Assembly (NCBI GenBank): GCA_964016885.1
Contig: OZ024765.1
Span: 8,308,001-8,372,000, forward strand
From: Eledone cirrhosa
Taxonomy: Eukaryota
DNA length: 64,000 nt
Reading direction: 5' to 3'
Each line of letters opens with the position of its first letter. The first letter of the stretch is position 1. This document shows positions 41,424 through 53,913 of the stretch, one piece after another. The translations under genes were made by a program, and so were the position numbers. The notes under the pieces are model-generated. The model was not told where the DNA came from. It searched no databases and saw nothing but the letters and a program-made list of their open reading frames with translations.

Positions 41424-41797
41424 CGAGTAGGACCCCGACGGCTGAGCTCAAGCCGTTTCAACGGCTAATTCTGAGTCCAGAATTAGCCGTCGAAACGGCG
41501 GGAGCTCAGTCGTCGGGGTCCTACTCGTTCCTATTACCAACAGTATTGAGTACTTTGGTGCGTTATGGTCCACCTGGTTCCTTACCACATTTCCTTCGTT
41601 ATATATATATCTTGATTTGTTTTAAATTAAGATTGTATTACTTTTCCCATATCTTACATTAAACATTTTTCATCTTGATGGTATAGTCACTTATATGTCT
41701 GAATTATTGTCGGCTTTTTGCTTACATTAATTTCTCTATTTTCATATATATACATAGATGTGCAGTGTAAACGTGCGTGAACGACCCAGCATAAATG

Positions 41798-42390
41798 TGT
41801 TGAGAGAGAAACTGTGTTTGAGAGGGATAGAATGTAGTGTACGGGAGAGGAGACTGAGGTGGTATGGACATGTGATGTGTTGAGAGAGATAGAATGTAGT
41901 GTACGGGAGAGGGGACTGAGGTGGTATGGACATGTGATGTGTTGAGAGAGAAACTGTGTGAGAGGGATAGAATGTAGTGTACGGGAGAGGAGACTGAGGT
42001 GGTATGGACATGTGATGTGTTGAGAGAGAAGCTGTGTGAGAGGGATAGAATGTAGTGTACGGGAGAGGAGACTGAGGTGGTATGGACATGTGATGTGTTG
42101 AGAGAGAAACTGTGTGAGAGGGATAGAATGTAGTGTACGGGAGAGGAGACTGAGGTGGTATGGACATGTGATGTGTTGAGAGAGATAGAATGTAGTGTAC
42201 GGGAGAGGGGACTGAGGTGGTATGGACATGTGATGTGTTGAGAGAGAAACTGTGTGAGAGGGATAAAATGTAGTGTACGGGAGAGGAGACTGAGGTGGTA
42301 TGGACATGTGATGTGTTGAGAGAGAAACTGTGTGAGAGGGATAGAATGTAGTGTACGGGAGAGGAGACTGAGGTGGTATGGACATGTGAT
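41798..42390 (+). repeat. 78-bp tandem repeat (with shorter variants) derived from RTE coding sequence
   Basis: The unit encodes ...RGIECSVRERRLRWYGHVM; the last unit continues into the LINE 3' end. Confidence 0.88.
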
Positions 42391-43437
42391 GCGCATGGAG
42401 GATGACCGATGGGTGAAGAAGTGCCAGGAATTGCCAGTTGAAGGAAGACGTGGTAGAGGTAGACCACGAAAAACATGGGCGGAGGTGGTGAGAACAGACC
42501 TCAGATCATTGAAGCTCACGGTGGAGATGACGAGGGACCGTGACGAGTGGAGAGATGCTGTGCTGAATAAGACCCGTCCCACCCTTGCAAGCAGGGAAAA
42601 GCAGACGTATGATGATGATGATATATATATGATGAATAGCTCTTGTTAATTTTAACCTGTCTGTTGAGAACTCTAATTCGATATGTGATATTTTGTATTT
42701 TTACAAATATATACACTACTGAATTCATTCGCCTAATATAGGGGTTCCCTCCCTTGCTGGACCCCACGTGGGTTTAGTAACGGGTGCCTCTGTATTTTTG
42801 AACGAAATGCCTGTTAAGAAAGTGGTTTCCTCGTTCATCTTTTTGCCAGAAGTCAGATATTTTTTATGTAGGCTGACGGTAATTGATTAAGGAACCGCAG
42901 AAACCAAAAAAGCTAGAATTTAACACCCTTCTAGCGGGTCCGGGTAAGATTTTTCATTCATTTAATTTATTATTTGTATGACCCGAATTTTCCTGGTCGT
43001 TTTTTCGGCTGTGCGAATGATTTTAAGCATTGTCTCTATGTGTTGGTATTTAAACGATAGTTATAGCTCTGGTTTATCCAAACTATTGAGCCCTTTGCCA
43101 TGCATTTCAAAGATTGTGTTTCGTTATTTTGTGGGCCGAGATTCCGATTCTCGATAATTTATTTATATATATATATATATATCATCATCATCATCATTTA
43201 ACATCTATCTTCCACGCTAGCATGGGTTTCGATGGGAATTGTCCCACTTGAGGCAAGATTGGTCGTCTCGCTCATATAGTACTGTCTGGCGGGTTTTCTA
43301 CGGCTGGATGCCCTTCCTAACACCAACCACATTTACAGTGTGGACTGGGAGCTTTTTACCATGTAACCTATTCGACCACATTACAGCGTGGACTGTGTTT
43401 TTTTGTCATGACACCTACACAACCTCATTTATATATA

Positions 43438-43537
43438 TACAAGGCGTCCCAAAAAATTTGACATCATTGAGTTAGATTTAGTAGTTTTTGAGATATTTGC
43501 TTTTAAAATGATGTCAAATTTTTTAGGACACCCTGTA
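43438..43537. mobile_element. Small Tc1/mariner-type MITE
   Basis: tacaaggcgtcccaaaaaatttgacatcatt / aatgatgtcaaattttttaggacaccctgta. Confidence 0.6.
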
Positions 43538-43818
43538 TATCATCATCATCATTTTATGTCCGCTTTTGCCTGCTTGCAAGGGTGGGATGGGTCCTATTCA
43601 GTACAGCATCTCTCCACTTATCATGGTCCTTCGTCATCTCCACTGTGAGCTTCATCGATCTGAGGTCTGCTCTCACCACCTCCGCCCATGTTTTTTGTGG
43701 TCTACCTCTACCACGTCTTTCTTCAACTAGTATTTCCTGGCACTTCTTCACCCATCAGATCCCTTTAAGGGTGAAAGCAGCGATTCTTTGCTTAAACTTT
43801 AATCTGTTATTTTAATAA

Positions 43819-43874
<56 letters not shown>

Positions 43875-43903
43875 GGAGGTGGGGGTAGTATTACATGACT
43901 CAC

Positions 43904-43995
43904 CTGTTTCATCATATCACCATGTTCTGTGAGAGTTTTCCTTATTTCTTGCTGAGCTGTGTCAAGGTAAACGAGGGCTTGACTGAACTGGAGAG
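43904..43995 (-). CDS. DCTN2: DCTN2 exon
   Basis: cag|...|gtgagt. ALQFSQALVYLDTAQQEIRKTLTEHGDMMKQ. Confidence 0.94.
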
Positions 43996-44019
43996 CTGTG
44001 GAATATAGAGAAGAGGCAG

Positions 44020-45182
44020 TAGTGGTGGTGGTGTAGTGGTGGTAGTAGTGTAGTGGTGGTGGTGGTAGTAGAGGTGGTGGTGTAGTGGTGGTAGTAGAGG
44101 TGTAGTGGTGGTGGTGGTGGTAGTAGAGGTGTAGTGGTGGTGGTGGTAGAGGTAGTAGTGTAGTGGTGGTAGTAGAGGTGTAGTGGTGGTGGTGGTAGTA
44201 GAGGTGTAGTGGTGGTGGTGGTTGTAGTGGTGGTGATGGTAGGAGTGTAGTGGTGGTGGTGTAGTGGTGTAGTAGAGGTAGTAGTGTAGTGGTGGTAGTA
44301 GAGGTGTAGTGGTGGTAGTAGAGGTGTAGTGTAGTGGTGGTAGCAGAGGTAGTAGTGTAGTGGTGGTGGTGTAGTGGTGTAGTAGAGGTAGTAGTGTAGT
44401 GGTGGTAGTAGAGGTGTAGTGGTGGTGGTGGTAGAGGTAGTAGTGTAGTGGTGGTAGTACAGGTGTAGTGGTGGTGGTGGTAGTAGAGGTGTAGTGTTGG
44501 TAGTAGTGTAGTGGTGGTGGTAGTGTAGTGGTGGTGGTGTAGTGGTGTAGTAGAGTAGTGGTGGTAGTAGAGGTAGTAGTGTAGTGGTAGTGGTGTAGTA
44601 GAGGTAGTAGAGGTAGTAGTGTAGTGGTAGTGGTGTAGTAGAGGTAGTAGTGTAGTGGTGGTAGTAGAGGTGTAGTGGTGGTGGTGGTAGTAGAGGTGTA
44701 GTGGTGGTGGTGGTGGTGGTGGTAGTAGTGTGGTAGTGGTGGTAGTAGAGGTAGTGGTGGTGGTGGTGGTGTAGTAGTGGTGGTGTGTGTAGTGTAGTGG
44801 TGGTAAAGGTAGATTAGGGCTTGGCTTACTGGAGAGCTGTGGATTATATAGAGACAGTATTGGTGCTAGTAGAGGTGGTAATGATGTGTAGTGGTGGTAT
44901 TGTAGTAGTGGTGGTGATAGTAGAAGTTGTGGTAGTCAGTAACTATAGTAGTAGTAGTAGTGTCAGTAGTAGTAGCAGTAGTGTCAGTAGTAGTAGTAGT
45001 ATAGGTAGCAGTTGTGTCAGTAGTAGTAGTGTCAGTAGTAGTAGCAGTAGTGTTAGTAGTAGTAGTATAGGTAGCAGTAGTGTCAGTAGCAGTAGTGTCA
45101 GTAGCAGTAGTGTCAGTAGTAGTAGTGTCAGTAGTAGTAGTATAGGTAGTAGTAGTGTCAGTAGTAGTAGTATAGGTAGTAG
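44020..45182. repeat. (GTG/GTA/AGT)n low-complexity tract
   Basis: Composition. Confidence 0.9.
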
Positions 45183-45189
45183 TACTCAC

Positions 45190-45292
45190 CTTGTTCATGT
45201 ATGTCCTTCAACGTGGTCAGACGGTCAACAACCTGAGGCAAGACATCTGCCATATTTTCCCATTTCTTAACTATCTCATACAACTCTGTTAC
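45190..45292 (-). CDS. DCTN2: DCTN2 exon
   Basis: cag|...|gtgagt. VTELYEIVKKWENMADVLPQVVDRLTTLKDIHEQ. Confidence 0.95.
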
Positions 45293-45311
45293 CTGAAATA
45301 TATAGACATAC

Positions 45312-45356
<45 letters not shown>

Positions 45357-45585
45357 AACATATATATATATATATATAAACGTCTACCATCTCCCTAGCA
45401 CACACACAGTTGGACTAGTCCATATCTAGACTTCATTATCGTATTTTATCCTCCCCTCTGTTTTACCTCAACAACCATGAAAAACCCCCCTATCTCTCTT
45501 GTCTTTGTCACATCCTCCTTCTTCTCTACTTCAACTTCACATGAATTCCTATAAAAACCTGAACATTCTGGTACGGTAAACATAA

Positions 45586-45700
45586 TCTCTGATGATATGG
45601 AATCGATTGTGCATTGGATGTCGAATGCTCTACTAACTATATAATATTATAGATGCAGCGAGATCTAGGCAAATTGATGTCTATTGAAACGTACGTTAGA
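45586..45700 (+). ncRNA. Hammerhead ribozyme-like motif with long stem II region
   Basis: tct-CTGATGA-(about 90 nt)-GAAA-cgtacg-TT-aga, followed by AATAAA. Confidence 0.5.
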
Positions 45701-45766
45701 ACCGAATAAATCTCTTTTACTGCATCTTTCTGTTCTTTTTGATTCTTTATATATATATATATATAC

Positions 45767-45809
<43 letters not shown>

Positions 45810-46313
45810 AAATTAAGATAAATCAAAATGAATTTAATCTAAAACAAAATTATGGGTGTCATGCCACAAGGCATGCGCCATATCACCCATTGAAAGGACT
45901 TGACTGCTGTTTCTAGTTGTCGATAACCTTATTCACGCCACTGAGACAAAGCTGGTATATGGTATAATGTGTGTATTTTTAGTAGATACAACATGTGTTA
46001 CTGGCCAGTCGCTGATTTGAACTTAATGCGTTAACACAGATGGCTGGTCTTCTTCCTTGTTGAAAATCCAAGTATCGGCCTCCGTGGTTTACCATTCAAT
46101 TAATTGGTGAAATATATTTCTTTAATGGAATATATACAGGGAAGATTAATCATATTATAAGGTATCTATTTTTGAAGTTCTAGTTAACTTTATTTAGTTA
46201 CCTACCTAGCTGTGTGTGCTTACACACTTGTAAAAATTATCCCCTGTGATTGTTTCATATCTTTATTTATATGTTAATCAATTTCTAGACATACAAATAT
46301 ATATATATATATT

Positions 46314-46345
<32 letters not shown>

Positions 46346-46460
46346 TAGACATACATATTTATATATAGACATATATATATATATACACACACAAATATAT
46401 AGACATATATATATATATAGACATACATATATATAAACATACATATATATAAACATTCAT

Positions 46461-47730
46461 ATGGAGGCCTGGAAATGTCATTACGAGAGACTGATGAATG
46501 TGGAGAACGAATGGGAGAGAGAAATTAGCCTTAGTAGATCCGACAGAGGGACCAGTTATTGAGATTGACGAATATAGGGTCCAAGAGGCGATTAAGGAAA
46601 TGAAAAATGGTAAGGCTGCTGGACCATCGGGGATAGTTGCTGAGATGCTGAAGGCATCAGGGGACGTAGGCACTAAACTGGTTGCACACATCATCAATCA
46701 GGCTATATATGGTGGTGTCATACCCAAAGACTGGTGCAGCAGTATTCTCATAAATTGCTACAAAGGTAAAGGGGATGATCTGGAGAGGAGCAATTATAGG
46801 GGTATAAAACTGATGGATCAGGTTATGAAAGTGACAGAAAGGATATTAGCACAACTAATTAGAGAAAGGGTCAAACTAGATGAGATGCAGTTTGGTTTTG
46901 TGCCTGGGAAGAGTACAACAGATGCCCTCTTCTTGGTGAGACAATTACAAGAGAGGTTCTGAGAGAAAAATAAGCCACTATACTTAGCCTTTGTTGACCT
47001 AGAGAAGGCCTTTGATAGGGTACCCCGATCTGTCATCTGGTGGTCCCTAAGGAAACTAGGTGTTGAGGAATGGTTTGTGAGGACAGTGCAAACTTTGTAC
47101 AGAGGTACTGTCAGTGAAGTCAGGGTAGGAATGGAGTTTAGTGAGGAATTCCAGATACAAGTAGGAGTACATCAAGGTTCGGTCCTCAGCCCGCTCTTGT
47201 TCATTATAGTCCTCCAAGCCATAACAGAGGAGTTTAAGACTGGCTGTCCATGGGAACTTCTCTATGCTGACGATCTGGTTCTTATAGCAGAATCAGGAGA
47301 GGAGCTAGAGAATAAATTCTGGCTATGGAAACAGCAGTTGGAAGCAAGAGGACTGAGAGTGAATCTAGCTAAGACAAAAGTGTTGATGAGTAGAAAAGAG
47401 GACAAAACCCTGATTCCGTCAGGGAAATGGCCATGTTCGATATGCAGAAAAGGAACTGGCATAAATTCTATAAAATGCACACAATGCAGATCCTGGGTAC
47501 ACAAGAGATGTAGTGGGATAGCAGGCAAACTAACAGGTAGGGAGAAATATGTATGCAGTAGATGTACAGGGAAATTAGACAGTAGAAGTTGCATTGATAG
47601 ACACATTTTTCAAATGCAGGCGAGTGCTATAGAAGTGGTGGATAGCTTCCGGTACCTAGGAGATCAGATTAGCATGGGAGGGGGGTGTTCCAAGGCCATA
47701 GTATCTAGAATAAGGACGGGTTGGAAGAAG
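46461..47730 (+). mobile_element. RTE-clade LINE reverse transcriptase fragment (one in-frame stop at 46960-46962)
   Basis: MKNGKAAGPSG, NYRGIKL, QFGFVPGKSTTDA, FVDLEKAFDRVPR, GVHQGSVLSPLLF and YADD motifs, plus a Cys-rich insert. Truncated at both ends. Confidence 0.92.
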
Positions 47731-48209
47731 TTTACACGACCACTTTGCAGTGGAATGATATGGACCCCAGTCCCTATCATCTCATTTCTACAGCTGAGTA
47801 AACTGGAGCAATGTGAAATAAAGTGTCTTGCTCAAGGAAACAACACATCAACCGGTCTGAGAATTGAACTCACAACCTTTCGATTACAAGGCCAATGCTC
47901 TAACCACTAAGCCATGTGCCTCCTTCATATATATATATATATATAATCGTTTAAGCTGTTTTCCATGAGTATACATTCACACCACTACAAACACCAACAC
48001 CACTACCACCACCAACACCTACAACAACACCAACAACACCACCTACAACAACAACAACATCACCAACAACACCAACCAACATCAACAACACCAACAACAA
48101 CAACACCATCATCAACACCAACAACACCAACACCAACAACAACACCAACAACCAACAACAACAACACCAACACTAACAACAACAACAACAAAGTGTGAAA
48201 GTATCAAAC

Positions 48210-48359
48210 CTTTGCCTGTTTCTCAGAATCATCAGCAACAATTTTCTTCTCCGTAATTTGGTTGACTTTCTGGAGGACATTCTGGAGACGGGCCTCAACT
48301 TGGTCAATCTGAGAGGGGTCAAGTAGGGACAACTTGGAGTTGATGTTAGACACAGCAGC
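48210..48359 (-). CDS. DCTN2: DCTN2 exon
   Basis: cag|...|gtttga. AAVSNINSKLSLLDPSQIDQVEARLQNVLQKVNQITEKKIVADDSEKQAK (DQVEARLQ motif). Confidence 0.94.
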
Positions 48360-48384
48360 CTGGAATAGAGACAGGGGGGAGATA

Positions 48385-49483
48385 TATGGTGGTAGTGGTA
48401 GTGGTGGAGCGGTGGTGGTATAGTAGTGGTTGTGGTAGTAGTAATAGTAGTGGTGGTATAGTGGTGGTGGTGGTGGTAGTAGTAGTGGTGGAGTGGTGGT
48501 GGTGTAGTGGTGGTGATGATGGTGGTGGTGGTGATGATGGTGATGATGATGGTGGTGGTGGTGGTGATGATAGTGATGATGATGGTGGTGGTGGTGATGA
48601 TAGTGATGATGATGGTGGTGGTGGTGATGATGATGGTGGTGGTGGTGATGATAGTGATGATGATGGTGGTGGTGGTGATGATAGTGATGATGATGATGGT
48701 GGTGGTGATGATAGTGATGATGATGATGGTGGTGGTGATGATAGTGATGATGATGGTGGTGGTGGTGATGATAGTGATGATGGTGGTGGTGGTGATGGTG
48801 GTGATGATAGTGATGATGATGGTGGTGGTGGTGGTGATAGTGATGATGATGATGGTGGTGGTGGTGATGATGATAGTGATGATGATGATGGTGGTGGTGA
48901 TGATAGTGATGATGATAGTGATGATGATGGTGGTGGTGGTGATGATAGTGATGATGATGGTGGTGGTGGTGGTGATGATGGTGGTGGTGGTGATGATAGT
49001 GATGATGATGGTGGTGGTGATGATAGTGATGATGATGGTGGTGGTGGTGGTGATGATAGTGATGATGATGGTGGTGGTGGTGATGATAGTGATGATGATG
49101 GTGGTGGTGATGATAGTGATGATGATGATGGTGGTGGTGGTGATGATAGTGATGATGATGGTGGTGGTGGTGATGATAGTGATGATGATAGTGATGGTGG
49201 TGGTGGTGGTGGTGATGATAGTGATGATGATGATGGTGGTGGTGATGATAGTGATGATGATGGTGGTGGTGGTGGTGATGATGATAGTGATGATGATGAT
49301 GGTGGTGGTGATGATAGTGATGATGGTGGTGGTGGTGATGATGATAGTGATGATGATGGTGGTGGTGATGGTGGTGATGATAGTGATGATGATGATGGTG
49401 GTGGTGATGATAGTGATGATGATGATGGTGGTGGTGATGATAGTGATGATGATGATGGTGGTGGTGATGATAGTGATGATGAT
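48385..49483. repeat. (GAT/GGT)n compound trinucleotide tract filling a DCTN2 intron
   Basis: Composition. Confidence 0.92.
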
Positions 49484-49522
49484 GGCAGAGAAATAATCAA
49501 GAAATGAGACAGAAAAACTTAC

Positions 49523-49561
49523 CAAAAGACTTTTGTTGCTAACTTCAGCTGTTAAAGCAGA
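49523..49561 (-). CDS. DCTN2: DCTN2 short exon (39 nt)
   Basis: cag|...|gtaagt, phase 0/0. SALTAEVSNKSLL occupies the position of the recalled NPLSAGLQGACLM segment. Confidence 0.88.
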
Positions 49562-50358
49562 CTGCAAGAAAATAATAATAATGGTTTCTTAATTAGGCAC
49601 AAGGCCAGCAATTTTGGGGGAGGGGAAAGTCGATTAAATCGACCCCAGTGCATGACTGGTACTTTATTTTATCGACCCCCGTAAGGATGAAGGACAAAGT
49701 AAACCTAAGCAGTAACAATTGTTTCTACTTTTGGCACAAGGCCAGCAATTACCCAGTACATTACTGGTACTTTATTTTATCGAACCCGTAAGGATGAAAG
49801 GCTAAGTTAACCTCGGCGGAATTTGAACTCAGATCATAAAGGGCCGTAACTCTATGTTACACATCATGGTGTCCAATGTTCTACCGATACTGCCAATCCA
49901 CTACCCTAATAATGCTTTCTATTTAAATTAAAATCTTCCAACATAATTTTAAGAACATTTGTAATGAAATAATTAATGATTTTAGTAAATCCCCCAAAAT
50001 TCTTCATCATCACCATTTTACGTCCGCTTTTCCGTTTGCAAGGGTGGAACGGGAACTGATTCTGGCTTGATCTCTACAGCTGGATGCCCTTCCTAACACC
50101 AACCTCATTTACAGTGAGTGATGGGTGCTTTTTTGCCGTGGCACCTCCACGACCACTTTGCAGTGGAATGATAGGGACCCCAGTCCCTATCATCTCATTT
50201 CTACAGCTGAGTAAACTGGAGCAATGTGAAATAAAGTGTCTTGCTCAAGGAAACAACACACATCACCCGGTCTGAGAATTGAACTCACAACCTTTCGATT
50301 GCAAGGCCAATGCTCTAACCACTAACCCATGTGCCTCCACTTCATTAATTAAAATACA

Positions 50359-50548
50359 GGGCGGTGAATTGGCAGTATCAGTAGAGGGTTGGACGCCATG
50401 CTTTCTAGCATAGTTATGTCCCTTTACACTCTGAATTCAAATCCCGCCGAGGTTAACTTTGCCTTTCATCCTTATGGGGCCGATAAAATAAAGTACCAGT
50501 AATGTACTAGGTAATTGCTGGCCTTGTGCCAAAAGTAGAAACAATTAA
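50359..50548 (+). mobile_element. tRNA-derived SINE family A (other copies about 2314-2486 +, 11447-11655 +, 15604-15785 +, 39415-39680 -, 40030-40315 -, 49580-49910 -)
   Basis: A-box-like tggcagtatcagtag, B-box-like (g/a)ttcaaatcc, conserved body aaagtaccagtaat...ggccttgtgcc, and (ATT) tail. Confidence 0.8.
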
Positions 50549-50934
50549 TTAAAATACAGGGTTCTTATTTAAATTAAAATCTCCCAACATAATTTTATAC
50601 AAGAACCTTAAGTTACTGTCTTCGTAATGAAATAATTAATGATTTTAGTAAATTACTCAAAACTTCATTAACTAATTGAAATAGGGTGTATTTCATTAGA
50701 AATGTGGCCACGAAAGGGGTTACCGTATTTCCTGGCGTGGAAGACTCTACTTTTTGCCCAAAATAAGTCTCAAAAATCTACCAAGTGTCTTGGAGACCAA
50801 AGGTTGTTTATTATTTTTTTTCAAATGTTTGGTTGTCAAAATTAGGGTGCGTCCACAAGGATGAAGTGTCTTCGGCACCGGCAAATATGGTAAATACAGG
50901 CACTAGTGAAGTTATCAATTTGACCAAAACCTAC

Positions 50935-51000
50935 CATTTTCTGAGGGGTCTGTCCAATTACTGCTTCCAAGCGTTCCAATCTTTCTTCTATGCTGGCCAA
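50935..51000 (-). CDS. DCTN2: DCTN2 exon
   Basis: cag|...|gtaggt. LASIEERLERLEAVIGQTPQKM. Confidence 0.92.
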
Positions 51001-51505
51001 CTGATAGAAAATTACAGAAAATACAGAAAAATAATTAAATAAAGAAATATTTTATTTTAAATTCTTAAAGTTTACAGATTGCAATAATACACCAGACATT
51101 TTAATATCGAAATGTGAAGTAACGTTAATATATATTAATATTTTAATATGCTAGTTAAGGTTAATATATTTTAACCCTTTAGTATTTACACAGTAAAAGG
51201 CTTTACTCACATAATTATCTAACAAAATATTGAAGTTACAAGATTTAGATGATAATATTTTGAGAACAATACCTTAACATAATTATGAGTAGCTAGTTAC
51301 AGCCAGTTTGAACAAAAAGAGGTGAGAGAATTCTAGCAGGATATGGCTGGTTTAAATGCTAAAGGGTTAACTAGATGGCCCCGTGCTGTCAAAAATGACG
51401 GCTAATTGTTGTATCAACTATATAAAAAGGGGCTGTCTTTCTCTCGCTAAATCCTTTCAATTGCACTCTCTGTTACTGAAACCAACCTAAACTCGAACAA
51501 CTTAA

Positions 51506-53867
51506 CCCTTTAGCATTTAAACTGGCCATATCCAGCCAGAACTCTCTCACCTCTTTCTGTTCAAACTGGCAGTATCTGGCTGCTCATACTGATGTTAAGG
51601 TATTGTACACAAAATAAATAACATCAAAATCTCATAGATTCGATATTATGAGAGATAACTATGTAAAGTAAAGCCTTTACTGGGAAAATACAATAGTATA
51701 TATAGAGTAATGTAAATGTTATGTGAGATATTATGTGAGGTAAAGCCTTTACTGGGAAAATACAATAGTATATATAGAGTAATGTAAATGTTATGTGAGA
51801 TATTATGTAAAGTAAAGCCTTTACTGGGAAAATACAATAGTATATATAGAGTAATGTAAATGTTATGTGAGATATTATGTAAAGTAAAGCTTTTACTGTG
51901 AAAATACAATAGTATATATAGAGTAATGTAAATGTTATGTGAGATATTATGTGAGGTAAAGCCTTTACTGTGAGAATACAATAGTATATATAGAGTAATG
52001 TAAATGTTATGTGAGATATTATGTAAAGTAAAGCTTTTACTGTGAAAATACAATAGTATATATAGAGTAATGTAAATGTTATGTGAGATATTATGTAAAG
52101 TAAAGCCTTTACTGTGAAAATACAATAGTATATATAGAGTAATGTAAATGTTATGTGAGATATTATGTGAGGTAAAGCCTTTACTGTGAGAATACAATAG
52201 TATATATAGAGTAATGTAAATGTTATGTGAGATATTATGTAAAGTAAAGCTTTTACTGTGAAAATACAATAGTATATATAGAGTAATGTAAATGTTATGT
52301 GAGATATTATGTAAAGTAAAGCCTTTACTGGGAAAATACAATAGTATATATAGAGTAATGTAAATGTTATGTGAGATATTATGTGAGGTAAAGCCTTTAC
52401 TGTGAGAATACAATAGTATATATAGAGTAATGTAAATGTTATGTGAGATATTATGTAAAGTAAAGCTTTTACTGTGAAAATACAATAGTATATATAGAGT
52501 AATGTAAATGTTATGTGAGATATTATGTAAAGTAAAGCCTTTACTGGGAAAATACAATAGTATATATAGAGTAATGTAAATGTTATGTGAGATATTATGT
52601 GAGGTAAAGCCTTTACTGTGAGAATACAATAGTATATATAGAGTAATGTAAATGTTATGTGAGATATTATGTAAAGTAAAGCTTTTACTGTGAAAATACA
52701 ATAGTATATATAGAGTAATGTAAATGTTATGTGAGATATTATGTAAAGTAAAGCCTTTACTGGGAAAATACAATAGTATATATAGAGTAATGTAAATGTT
52801 ATGTGAGATATTATGTAAAGTAAAGCCTTTACTGGGAAAATACAATAGTATATATAGAGTAATGTAAATGTTATGTGAGATATTATGTAAAGTAAAGCCT
52901 TTACTGGGAAAATACAATAGTATATATATAGAGTAATGTAAATGTTATGTGAGATATTATGTAAAGTAAAGCCTTTACTGGGAAAATACAATAGTATATA
53001 TATAGAGTAATGTAAATGTTATGTGAGATATTATGTAAAGTAAAGCCTTTACTGTGAAAATACAATAGTATATATAGAGTAATGTAAATGTTATGTGAGA
53101 CATTATGTAAAGTAAAGCCTTTACTGGGAAAATACAATAGTATATATATAGAGTAATGTAAATGTTATGTGAGATATTATGTAAAGTAAAGCCTTTACTG
53201 GGAAAATACAATAGTATATATAGAGTAATGTAAATGTTATGTGAGATATTATGTAAAGTAAAGCCTTTACCGGGAAAATACAATAGTATATATAGAGTAA
53301 TGTAAATGTTATGTGAGATAATTATTTGAGGTAAAGCCTTTACTGTGAAAATACAATAGTTTATATAGAGTAATGTAAATGTTGTGAGATATTATGTGAG
53401 GTAAAGCCTTTACTGTGAAAATACAATAGTATATATAGATTAATGTAAATGTTATGTGAGATATTATGTGAGGTAAAGCCTTTACTGTGACAATACAATA
53501 GTTTATATAGAGTAATGTAAATGTTATGTGAGGTAAAGCCTTTACTGTGACAATACAATAGTATATATAGAGTAACGTAAATATTATGTGAGATATTATG
53601 TGAGGTAAAGCCTTTACTGTGAAAATACAATAGTATATATAGAGTAATGTAAATGTTATGTGAGATATTATGTGAGGTAAAGCCTTTACTGTGACAATAC
53701 AATAGTTTATATAGAGTAATGTAAATGTTATGTGAGGTATTATGTGAGGTAAAGCCTTTACTGTGACAATACAATAGTTTATATAGAGTAATGTAAATGT
53801 TATGTGAGGTAAAGCCTTTAATGTGAAAATATAATAGTATATATAGAGTAATGTAAATGTTAAAGGG
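51506..53867. mobile_element. piggyBac-type MITE expanded by about 30 copies of a 72-bp unit
   Basis: TTAA-ccctttagcattt...aaatgttaaaggg-TTAA. Unexpanded relatives at 36563-36799 and 51175-51366. Confidence 0.75.
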
Positions 53868-53913
53868 TTAAGGTCCATTTTCAATGTTAGCATCAGTTTG
53901 ACAGATTTAGTTA

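Noticed and set aside
48173-49567. Poly-I/T, S/P, G/D and M/V ORFs
   Set aside because: Trinucleotide tract. The only real coding parts are the DCTN2 exons 49523-49561 and 48210-48359.
51624-53893. Long YIYYCIFTVKALPHIISHITFTLL repeat ORFs (also 4822-5667 and 61535-62664)
   Set aside because: A 72-bp satellite inside a MITE, open in several frames.
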